A stretch of 60,950 nt of DNA, counting the filler, from Sphacelaria rigidula (taxonomy: Eukaryota): assembly GCA_964200075.2 (NCBI GenBank). It is 4 parts of 4 records of this genome, joined end to end, with 100 filler letters (N's around TTAATTAATTAA, not from the genome) between each part and the next. Parts side by side here need not be neighbours in the genome. Positions count along the whole stretch, not along the records: positions 1 to 15,167 come from CAXNAA020001880.1; 3 more parts are not named here. The stretch is one strand, 5' to 3'. A model generated the notes under the pieces. That model ran no database searches. It worked only from the letters and a program-made list of their open reading frames with translations, and had not been told where the DNA came from. How positions within the stretch are numbered: position 1 is the stretch's first letter; each line of letters opens with the position of its first letter. Shown piece by piece: positions 1-10,500 of the stretch. The position numbers and the translations under genes were made by a program.

Positions 1-149
1 TATTGGGGCCCTCGACCCCTTGGGTGGAAAAAGAAAATTTTAAAAGCCAAAAACCCTCCCCGTAAAACCCGGGGTCCCCCCCCCCCCCCCCTACTGTAGA
101 CCCCCCCCCCCCCCCCGTCACTTTTCGGCCTGGGACCATCGATACGGAG

Positions 150-597
150 TTCTTCCCCCGGGGGGATCGGGTTTTGCGAAAACAAAAATCCCCCCCCGGT
201 ACGGTGATCTTCCCCCGGGGTAACAATTTTCCACAGCGTTCCGCCCCGGGGGGTGTATTTCCCCCAAGTTTGAGCCGACATTTTGTTTGCTTTGCGAAGC
301 ACCGCCTGCATGATGAGTGCCAAAAAAAACATGCACAATAAGGCTCGTCGAGGGATATTTTCATATTTTTATCCGTCGCGGGATCCGTCACTCTGTGTGT
401 GTGTTGTGTGGACCACCAGCCTTTTCCCCGATCCCACCGGGAAACTCCCCCCCAGGTACTTTAATTTCCCCGCGGGTAACAGCGGTAAAAAAGTGCACCT
501 TATCCCCCCGGTACTTCATGTTCCCCCCGGGGGATACGATTTCAACAATAATTAAGTCCTGATCCACCCCGGGGGATGTACCCCGTAGTTTACGGTA
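150..597. repeat. Cluster of self-complementary CCCC(C)GGGG(G)-type motifs; possible DNA-transposon subterminal region
   Basis: About 8 variants of CCCCCGGGGG/CCCCCCGGTAC between ~155 and ~585, ending in TTTACGGTA. No partner TIR identified, and the preceding 120 bp look low quality. Confidence 0.35.
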
Positions 598-2355
598 CGT
601 ACGTTGCTCTACCTAAAGGACATGTTTTTTTTCAATCATTTTCACGGAAATCTGTAATCGTTTGTCTCCTCGTTATCAAGTTGGCGTGAAGGTTTTTTTT
701 TTTTTTCAGCTACCTGCCCTCTCGTTCATTATCACATCCTCAGGATCTTTTCGGGCACAAGGGCATTCTTGTAACTGAAAATGGGGCTTGTTGCTTCCTC
801 TCTTGTTCGCCGGTGGGGTCGCGTTCTCGTATGGGTCGCTCTGAAGCTACAAGTGTGTTTGTCTACGGAAATTGGGTTTTAAACCCTAAGGCCTAAGACC
901 AACATAAAAGGGATGGGTGTGTGTGTGTGTGTGTGCTTACTTGTAGTATCGAAGGAGCAACGTGATGGCGCCGCTCTCTCCATGACGGCCTGTCTTACTT
1001 TGTGCCCTCGCCTGTTTGGGTAGCATTCTTGGGAAAATGGCGTTGTGCTGAAAAAGTGCATCTTCAGGTTCGTCTTTCTTTGGCGGGTGGGGTCGCCGTA
1101 CTCTCATGTGAACCTTCCTGAAGCAAGGGTGTCTGCAGCAACCCTATGGAAACGTGTGTGCGCCTCGTGAAACACGCGCCCAGGGGTAGGCAAATGATGA
1201 CAGCCATTTCTCTTCCGGCTGATGACGAAGCAACTCGTTTTTTTGTCGTTTGCCGCACCTGTCATTCATATTATGTGAGAATGTTGTGTACATAAATTGA
1301 TAGTCTAATTCTCATGTTATATTAATGTAGACGCCGGCGGGAAGGTTTCGCGGCTAGGCATGGACATTCTTGGGCTTGGGCAACTTCGCCTGGCAACCTC
1401 GTCCAGTTGTGGATGTCCCTTATGGAAAATGGTAAGCCTAAGAGGGTTTCGCATGTTGCACAACGCCGGGAGGTTACAGGTCACTGTAACCCTCCATTAA
1501 CGGTGCCCACTGGCCACCTGTGTCTGTCAAGCTCTGCCTCACGGGTCGCCTCCGGGTCAATCGCCTCCAGGTCAATCGGCCCTGATGGACGTTTATTCAT
1601 GAGCGAGTGCTGCATCCACGACACAGCAGTTACACCTTGCCGCGCGCTGGCCGCTGAGATAGCTGCTGCGCGTGTCTGTGTTCGCCCGCTGTCCACGTGT
1701 GTCGCCGTCGCCGCTGTGCGAGTGTGCGTGTGTTTTGTGCTTTTTTATCATGCGATCTGTCGACCCCCCACTTAAATCAAGTCATGTACTCTATTTTCAA
1801 GTTTAGTCGAACAGAGAAACTTTTTGGCCTACGCCGAGCGCTATATCGGGGGCACCGTAGGGTGTAACCCAGGTGGAAATTAGTGGCTCGTTTCGCTCGA
1901 ATAAAAAAAGACTGGAAATACGGAAATTCAGACGCGGATTTTTTCTAGGTTTAGCGAATAAAGTTTAAGATTAAGGAGCTGAAAGCTAGAAATGGTCGAC
2001 AGGCCCGTAGTCGTAAAGAGCCAACAGTTTTTTTTTTTAGATTTAAGAGATTTTTCAGCTCCTTAAGGGTGTGCTGACAACCGATCTGGGAGTTGACTGG
2101 TTTTGAAATAGATCGAACGAGCACCCAGGATTCACACACAGGATACCCCAGACCAGTAGGAAGGCGCTGGGCACGAAAACATCCGTTGGTTCTCGCGTAG
2201 GGCACCAGTCCAGGCTTCTTTCTGTACACAAATCATGTGGTCTATCTCCAAGCCCTATTTTATAATCAAGACGAATAGTCCCACCAGTCTAAAATCAAGT
2301 CAAAAGAGCCAAAACGGAGGACGCTCATGTAAGGTTTGCCTTTGTCCGGCATCTA

Positions 2356-2770
2356 CTCTGACCCCTTAGATCACTAGAGGACACCCTATAGCACCGGCAT
2401 GTGTGCGTTGGCGACCTTTAATGCGCTGCTTTCGGGTTGACATCGAGGGTCGTAGCAGCGGCCTCGAATCTCCGCAAATCGACCGACACGACTGCTGTGC
2501 TCGCCGCCACGGACCCCAAACTCCTGAACTGCGGGTCTACAGCAGTAGCTGATGCCACTAGCTACTGCTGAGGACCCGTAGTTCCGCAGGTGACGGCCCG
2601 TGACGGAGAGCACAGCCGCGACAAACGAAAAAAGTCGGCCAAATTTGCGGACAGTCCCGCGACCGCTGCGACCTACGAAATCTTCGCTCCAGCAGCAGAT
2701 CTGAGTGTGCCAACACACACATGCCGGTGCCATAGCCATAAGTGTCCTCTAGTGACCTAAGGGGTCAGAA
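2356..2770. mobile_element. Tc1/mariner-type MITE (~415 bp) with ~55-60-bp TIRs and TA target duplication
   Basis: Left end TA|CTCTGACCCCTTAGATCACTAGAGGACAC..GCACCGGCATGTGTG is the reverse complement of right end CACACATGCCGGTGC..GTGTCCTCTAGTGACCTAAGGGGTCAGAA|TA. Confidence 0.85.
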
Positions 2771-3129
2771 TAGGTAACCTTCGACAGGAAGCCGCTTTTC
2801 GATATTTGGGGGCATATTACATTGGGTTTAGTATGAATCCTTATTCCCACCGTTGCCATCACCCCCTTAAGAAGATGGGTGTCGGGGGTACCCGTAGGCG
2901 CGGACAGGAAATACAAGCCAACAAACCCAACACACACAAAACTACACATCCAACGTAAGACCAGCAAGCTAGAATTTCACGTCATTGCTCCTGGGGGGGA
3001 AGGGAGGGAAAGATTAGACATGGAGTATCAATGCGCTACGTTCTGTGCAACACAGTCCGCCATTTCTCGTCTGCTTTCTTCCTTTGCCATTTCATCCTTC
3101 CGTTGCCCATATTGGAATAGTTAATTGCA

Positions 3130-5645
3130 GTACGGGTATCGTACGCGCAATTTCCCTGCGGATTCTTGACATTCAGATTATTGCGCCCGCATCCCCTTTA
3201 GTCAAAATACCTCGAATTCTCTTTGAGCTTCAGGTTGGTGCTAAAGGTATCACCTTCCACCGCCGACAGTTTCCCGTACGTGTATGCTACGCTGTTACGA
3301 CCACAAAAAGCCGAGGGCAGACATCGTCCAAAAGTAGTGCTTGACCTCCGAGATGACGTTTTTTGCCACGGACAGCTGTATGTGTACGTTCTCTGAAGTC
3401 GAACAACATCGTCCTCACATATAATTTGTCTGGTTTAGCCTGCAAGATTTATTGATAACATCCCCCACGTGCAGAATTGTGTAGATGATCCTTTTATTAA
3501 AGCTGCGACCGGACAGCACCTTCCCACCTTCACCCCTGCCGATTACAACCCTCCTGACACACCAAATCGTCTTTCTCCAGGACATAATCATAGTCGTGAT
3601 AACATTTATCGTAATACCCCACCATATCCGCCATCTTGGGAAGTAATCGATGAAGTGGGTGACGGAACGTGTCTGCTTAGGACTATTGCTCTGTGCTTTG
3701 AACAACCCCGAGTAGCATCTTCAAGAAAGTCAGAGACCAATTATTACAGTAGATCATATCGCCCAGCATCCAGCCGTTTTCTGCGTGGACTTATCTGACG
3801 GTTTCCGAAACGAATACATTAGAACCTTAGGTCTTCCGCCTCAAACGTATAACTCTTTCCACGAGTACATCAACATCATGTCTCATCCTCGGGCCTTCGG
3901 TGGAGTGATTGAGATCGCTGCCCCAGAGAAGGGTGTACAACCGGCACATACACGTTGCCTTCACAGGAACAAACTTACCTCCTGTTCCCAACCCATTCCC
4001 AGCGTCTCACCTCTACATCCTCATGGGAACAAGGTTCCTCACATTACAGTCGACCCCGCTTTAAGGACGCACATGGTTTTTCTTGAAAAAAACCGTCCTT
4101 AAAGCGGGGTTTCGTCCTTAATTTTCCGGGGACGATAACTCGCCAACCCCGGGGTCGATCGAGGCATGCTGTAGCTTAAACGACTCGTCTATTGATAAGA
4201 AAGGGCCGTACGAATTTTCTGCGCCTTATTGTTCGTCGATCCATCTCAACTAAAATTCGTATACTTATATTGAGATGGTTTGAGAACCGAGCACGTACTG
4301 CAGAATACAGTAGTATTTTAGCACACTATATTGTTGCATGCTGGCGCCGCCTGTAGTGTACAGCCAACAACGATGTAGTGAGAGACAGATCTGCCCATGC
4401 AATTATTATTTCAAATAGAGCAAGCCACCCTGACGGCTTGTCCCTCCACGTATCGCGAAGAGTTCCCTGCACCTCTTCCCTCGGCTTCGCTCTACGCTTA
4501 GCCTGAGTCTCATGATGAGTATGCGAATGCACGGTCTTCGAAAGAAGATGCTGCGTCTCGCTGTACTCGCCCCCCGTTCCATTCGCATACAGGTACGAGC
4601 GAAGCTCCTCGGAACGAGAGTGAAACTCGGCCTCTGAGAGGGACGAGGTAATACACGACTCCGGCCTACCGTCGCCGTCCCCCTCATCGCTCGATACGTC
4701 ATCGTCAACTTTTAAGCCAGCCATGCCCTTCTCTACTTCCTGCAGTTCCAACGCGACCTCATCTTCCTTCACGTTGGGGTCGTCCTCTACAGTAAGCCAC
4801 GTCTGAAATGCCTGTCGGAGGTCCTGCTCAGAGAGCTCTGCACCCTTCTCGACGCACAAGTTGTCCGTCAACACTCGCGGCATGGGCCTAGAGTCCGCAG
4901 AACCCTCAACGCTGGTCGGCATCGACATATTTTTGACCAAGTCGCAAAGGTCGGCTGGTGCCGATCCCGCCCTCATCCGTTCTCTTCTGACAATCCGTGC
5001 ACATTCGCTGCTGCCCGTGGCCTTCATCCCCGATGCTTCGCCCGCAGAAGGCATGCATCGGCCGCCCGCAAGGGCACTTGTGGATTGCTGTGAGCGGCCG
5101 AGACTTATACTTGCACGTTGGTTCCCCACATGTTTGGGTGCCGGTGCTTGTATCAGAGGAACCTCCGGTAGGCGGTAGGAATCTCTTCATGTGTATGTAC
5201 CAACAGCAGCAGCAGCAGACCGCGCTCTATATCTTCGCGCGTGTGGTAAATCAAACACAGCATCCCAGGTGAGAAAAGGGGGTTCGCAGAGTAGAAGTAG
5301 TGTATATCCATGTATTTGTACTGTCTGTCGCCTCCCTCGGTTCGGGAAAAAAAGTCGTCCTTAAAGCGGGGAGTTTCCTTACTACGAGCGTCCTTAAAGC
5401 GGGGTCGACTGTACTCTGTACCCTGCGCCCGAGGCTGTAACCCCGTAACTATAATTGTATCCTGCTGTCTACTTGGTTCGCCCTCAAAGTACCAAAAGCC
5501 CACCCAATACGAAGGGAAAATCTTGTACATGCAGACCAATACTACATACGCTCCGAAGGAGGTGTCGACAGCCCTCTTTGCTGAAAATGACGTGCTTTAC
5601 TTAGACGGTGAAGGAAATGTCTGCAGCGGTGCATTTCTACTCTGC
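3130..5645 (+). pseudogene. Decayed Helitron RepHel C-terminus: PIF1-like helicase motifs followed by OTU-like cysteine protease domain(s), interrupted by a pogo element
   Basis: Helicase: IPRI..FHRRQFPVRVCYAVTTTKSRGQT (~3210-3325), then after a frameshift KVVLDLRDDVFCHGQLYV. OTU: EVGDGTCLLRTIA (~3652-3690), YINIMSHPRAFGGVIEIAA (~3866-3922) and SHY|SV across the insertion. Second Cys-box-like DGEGx-CLQRCIS at ~5604-5638. Multiple frameshifts. Confidence 0.8.
4047..5411 (-). mobile_element. Internally deleted pogo/Tigger-like (Tc1/mariner superfamily) DNA transposon, 1365 bp
   Basis: TIRs CAGTCGACCCCGCTTTAAGGACG at both ends with inner repeat copies; TA TSD (4045-46, 5412-13). Minus strand keeps a Cys/His finger (CGEPTC..HKCPCGRPMHAFCG..CTDC) and an acidic C-terminal segment; no DDE core seen. 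Confidence 0.9.
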
Positions 5646-6911
5646 CCCAACTATCCCGCCCTTCAACCCTAACCAACCAATCCCCCCCCAACCGAACGGC
5701 CAACCAATCCTCTACAGTACCTATACTGCTTGCGTAATCGCGCGTGCGTGTGTGTCTTCGAGGTTGCGTGGTGCCGCCTTAAATTGAACAGCGTCCACAG
5801 AGATGCCCGAACGCACCCATCACTGGCAAAAGACAGCGGCTCATTTTTTGGTTGGGTTGAGGTGACGCTGCCCACTGTGAGCTCATATTGGTCGGAGCAC
5901 GCGATGGTCCGACCCCTATAGGACAGACTGGAGACCGTTCTGACCCCTGCAAGCACCCACCCTCTATTAATACTCACAGAAGTTGTCGCACTCTCGCTAA
6001 TTGAAAAATGTGTACGGAGAATATTTTTTGTTGGCTTTTTGCTTTTAGGGCGATGCACGACGCTTGGTGCGATTGTAGTGGACGCCACAACGTCTACACA
6101 CTTCTACATAGGCTCAAACTCGAGGCCACAGCTGTGCAGAAGTTTGTGCCGAATGGATATGTGCCGTATCATTGCTTCGTCTAGCGAATAACATCATGCC
6201 AGCGGCGAACACTGTTGTGCGGCTATGCACTGCGATCTTTCAACTGCTGTAGTTGCACATACGACGCCCACATCCTACGCGGTCCACAAGACTACCACCC
6301 GCCGAGAATCAAGGCATCTCTTCCCTGTCGGGGTGTGTGATATAACGGTGTAGCTTGTCGCGTCATGTCGTGTTCCCACACAATCCAGTTGTAACGTCCC
6401 TATTCTCACAGCCCCGTTGTAACATGACGTCATGGTGTGTTTTACACGGGAAACATCGACGACATGCTCGCATACATCTTCACCATGGACACAGACAATC
6501 GTGTAGAACGCGTTATGTAGTGCTATTGTGCGTATAATCTAAATGTTCCCTTTCTTTGGGTCGCCCCCCACGCCATTTTCGCCTCGCCAAGCGGTATTGC
6601 CAACTACCGTTTCCATTTGCGGCAGCGATCACTCCATTTTAGCCTACAGCAAGTACGCGGTACCCTCAGCCTCCCACCAAACAGTGGCCGAGGCCACATC
6701 TTTACTCATCGTGACTGCGATTCGGGCCCCCCCGCCCGCTACAGGCGGCGGGGCCCTTCAGTCCCCTAGTTTTCCTAATCTGTACCCCGGTGCTGCACGC
6801 AGTAACTCGCACTTGGATCAGCCATGGTCACCTTCCAGCGGGTCCCCGGTCATTAGGCACTTAAGATGGTGGTTATTCCATTTGTAGGGGCTCATCCCAC
6901 TTATCCTTGTA

Positions 6912-7494
6912 CAGTCGACCCCGCTTTAGGGACGCACATGGTTTTTCTTGAAAAAAAACGTCTTTAAAGCGGGGTTTCGTCCTTAATTTTCCGGGGACGA
7001 TAACTCGCCAACCCCGGGGTCGATCGAGGCATACTGTAGCTTAAACGACTCGTCTATTGATAAGAAAGGGCCGTACGAAATTTCAGCACCTTATTGTTCG
7101 TCGATCCATCTCAACTAAAGTTCGTATACTTATATTGAGATGGTTTGAAAACCGAGCACGTACAGCAGAATACAGCAGTTTTTAGCACACTATATTGTTG
7201 CATGCTGGCGCCGCCTGTAGTGTACAGCCAACAAAGATGTAGTGAGAGACAGATCTGCAATACTTACAATTATTATTTCAAACAGAGCAAGCTACCCTGA
7301 CGGCTTGTCCCTCCACATATCGCGAAGAGTTCCCTGCACCTCATATATCTTAGCGCGTGTGGAAAAACGAAACACAGCATCCCAGGTGAAAAAAGGGATT
7401 CGCAGAGTAGAAATAGTGTATACCCCTGTATTTGTACTGTCTGTCGGCCCCCTCGGTTCGGAGAAAAAAGTCGTCCTTAAAGCGGGGTCGACTG
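6912..7494 (-). mobile_element. MITE derivative (583 bp) of the same pogo-like family
   Basis: Same TIRs and TA TSD (6910-11, 7495-96). The first ~430 bp and last ~150 bp are near-identical to the ends of 4047-5411. Confidence 0.92.
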
Positions 7495-7552
7495 TACTTG
7501 ACAGCATTTGTTGGTTCACCATCGTCCATTGTGCACCGTATACCTGACTCAG

Positions 7553-10500
7553 ATGGGCCTGCCGCAGATGGCGTACATTCTGCCCTTGGCGTACGTGAGT
7601 CTCCTGGCGATCTTCGCTCGGGCCCAGGACCTTCAGGACTGCAATGTCGTAGCTAGCCCCTTTACTGTCGGCAGCACAGAAGACGCGTCTACTCTGGCGA
7701 CCTCACTTGGTTGCTCCACCGGTGCGTTCGACGTTCGATGGGTCGGGGGAGTCTTTGTTGCAGAAACAATTCACGTCACCGACGGCACATCGCTCAGCAT
7801 CACTAGCGCTGGATCAAGCGCTGCAATCGCAGACGGACGGAACGCCACGCAGCTGTTCGTCGTAGACCGGGGTTCGAGCCTTCACCTCTCAGATATGACC
7901 ATCGCCCATGGGAACGCTTCTTTCGGTGGGGCCATCAACGCGTTCGAAGCTAGTGTTTCCTTCGGTGGAAATGTAAGGTTCATCTCCAACTCTGCCGGCG
8001 TTGACGGAGGAGCCATCTTTGCGAACCGTTCGACAATATTCTGGGATGGCGATGGTACCCAGTTCGTCTTCAACGTCGCTGGTGACGATGGAGGTGCAAT
8101 CTACGCGGATCACTCGACCGTGTCCTGGGACGGCGATGGCACCTTCTTCCACTCCAATTCCGCTGGTGGTGACGATGGAGGTGCAATCTACATGAGTCAT
8201 TCGAATGTATCCTGGGATGGCAATAATACCCAGTTCATATCCAACTCCGCTGGTGAGGATGGAGGTGCGATCTACGCGTATTCTGGCTCGATCGTGTTCT
8301 GGTATGGCGACGGTACCCAATTCATCTCCAACGTCGGGAATTCGACCAATTATGGGGGTGCAATCTTCGCGTATGAGTCAACCGTGTTCTGGGACGGCGA
8401 TGGCACCCAGTTCCTCTCCAACGGCGTTGGTTATGGCGGAGGTGCAATATACGCGGAATACTCTACTGTGTCCTGGATCGGCGATGACACAATGTTTAGG
8501 AACAACACTGGTGGTGAGGGAGGTGCAATCCGCGCGGATAATTCGGCGGTGTTGTGGGATGGCAACAACACCGAGTTCAGCTCCAACGCCGCTCGAATCA
8601 ATGGAGGTGCGATCAAAGCGCTGAGTTCGATTTTGACATGGCATGACGACGGCGCCCAGTTCCGGTCCAATTCCGCGCTTTCAGGCGGGGGTGCAGTGTA
8701 TGCTCGCACGTCGACCCTGTCCTTGGATGGCGATGACATCCAGTTCGTCTCTAATTCCGCTGGTTCCCATGGAGGTGCAATCGATGTATATTCATCCATG
8801 CTGTCCTGGAATGGTGATGGCGCCAACTTCAGCTCCAATGCCGCTGGTTCCTATGGGGGTGCGATATCCTGGGGGAGCTCTTCGATCGTGTACTGGAATG
8901 GTGATGGCACCCAATTCACCTCCAATTCCGCTGGTTCCTCTGGAGGTGCAATATATGTGTATTCCACTGTGTTGACCTGGAACGGCGATGGCGCCCTTTT
9001 CAGCTTTAATGTCGCGAACGAAAGTGGGGGTGCAATCGTAGCTGGATCGGATGTGCTCTGGAATGGTGAGGGCGCCGTCTTCAGCTCGAACTCCGCCGAC
9101 GTCGAAGGAGGTGCAATCCATCTTGGAGGAAATCAAGGGAATATGTCCTTGAATGGCGGTAGCATCCAGTTCAGCTCCAACACCGCTGGTGAATATGGAG
9201 GTGCAATCTCGGGCTTGTCGGGCGGGTTATGGAGTGGCAACGGCACCCAGTTCATATCCAACTCCGCTGGTGTCAATGGCGGTGCAATGTACTTGTCTAG
9301 CACAAGCGTGTCCTTGCATTGTGCCCAGTTCAGCTCGAATTCCGCTGGTGGCGAAGGAGGTGCGATATTCGTGACTGGAGGTGCGATCGTGCTCTCGGAT
9401 GGAAACACAACCTTCAGCAGAAACATGGCGGGGGAGAACGGCGGCGCAATTTCATCGGTTGAGAATGATGAACTGGCGTTTATCTTCAATGGCGGGACAT
9501 TCATCGAGAACAGTGCAGGGAACGGCGGGGCATTTTACCTTCGCTTTGCGATTGGGTTCAACCTCACAAATGTAATATTTCAATCTAACTCAGCCAGCGA
9601 TTCCGGTGGCGCGGTCGCGGCGTACTCTACTGGAACTGGTGACCCCCCCACAGCGACATTCACGAGGTGCAATTTCTCGGACAACATGAGCGAGACAGGC
9701 GGTGGTGTTGAGACCCTGGCTGGGCAGCTAGAGTTTTATTCCTGTATTTTTGAGGGCAACTCGGCAGGTTAGGGGAGAAAAATAATAGACGGGGTTTGTG
9801 GGCGGAGAGGGTCAATTCCGCTATATGTGTGGTGTTAAGGACCGAGCGTCCGAAGTTTAATGCCTGCACTATTGTAGCTCCACGATCTTTTGAATATAAA
9901 TCGCTCTGCGTCAAACCGCGCTGTCAGGTATCGGCGGAGCCATGAGAATCGGTGGTACAACTGTCTGTCGAGAGTGTTCCTTCCTCTCCAACTCCGCTTC
10001 AATCCGCGGTTTCGCTGTTTCGGTGGAGGGATCTGCGACTACAAGTATTGCCACCTCGTCGTTTGACGGAAACGCAATATACTGCGGGGCCGACTCCTAT
10101 CGAAAAGACACCGAAGAGGTAATATAACTGGGCCGTCCGACAGCATCCGCATGTCGCTTACTTGGCCTTCTTCACCCTGGCATAAGTAGGCGACACAGAG
10201 TCATACCCCACCCCCGTTTCCCCTCGTCTCTTGTTGAGTTGGCCCTTTCGATTTCCTTCTGGGCGCTCATCCTATTCTATAATACAACAGTTAAATTGGG
10301 GCTACTGTTGTTTACCATTCGTTGCGTTTACCTTGTTGAATTTCTGTGGTATCTTCGTCTGTGTTCTTTCTTCTTCCGTCTCCGCTGTGCATGGTGTCGC
10401 GGAGCATGCCGTTTTATTTTTATTTTTGATCCGTCTGAGTCTCCGGCCGTCATCAAGTCGGCTCTTTGTCGCGGGTTCACCGGACCAATCAGGTGAATCA

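Larger units (their letters stand above)
3130..6769 (+). mobile_element. 5'-truncated Helitron remnant with canonical 3' terminus
   Basis: Helicase relic plus a GC-rich hairpin GGGCCCCCCCGCCCGCTACAGGCGGCGGGGCCC (6724-6756), followed 9 nt later by CTAG (6766-6769) and then T. Linking this end to the helicase relic is inferred. Confidence 0.65.

Noticed and set aside
1-120. Homopolymer-rich start of the window
   Set aside because: Looks like low-quality sequence next to poly-C; not interpretable.
873-897. GGGTTTTAAACCCTAAGGCCTAAG telomere-like motif
   Set aside because: Only one or two degenerate units; insufficient for an interstitial telomere call.
7882-9575. Many overlapping antisense and alternative-frame ORFs
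   Set aside because: Shadows of the GC-rich repetitive Pmp-like exon.
7920-9600. Regularly spaced GGAGGTGCAATC repeats resembling a CRISPR array
   Set aside because: They are the in-frame GGAI codons of a protein repeat; the 'spacers' are homologous and there are no cas genes.
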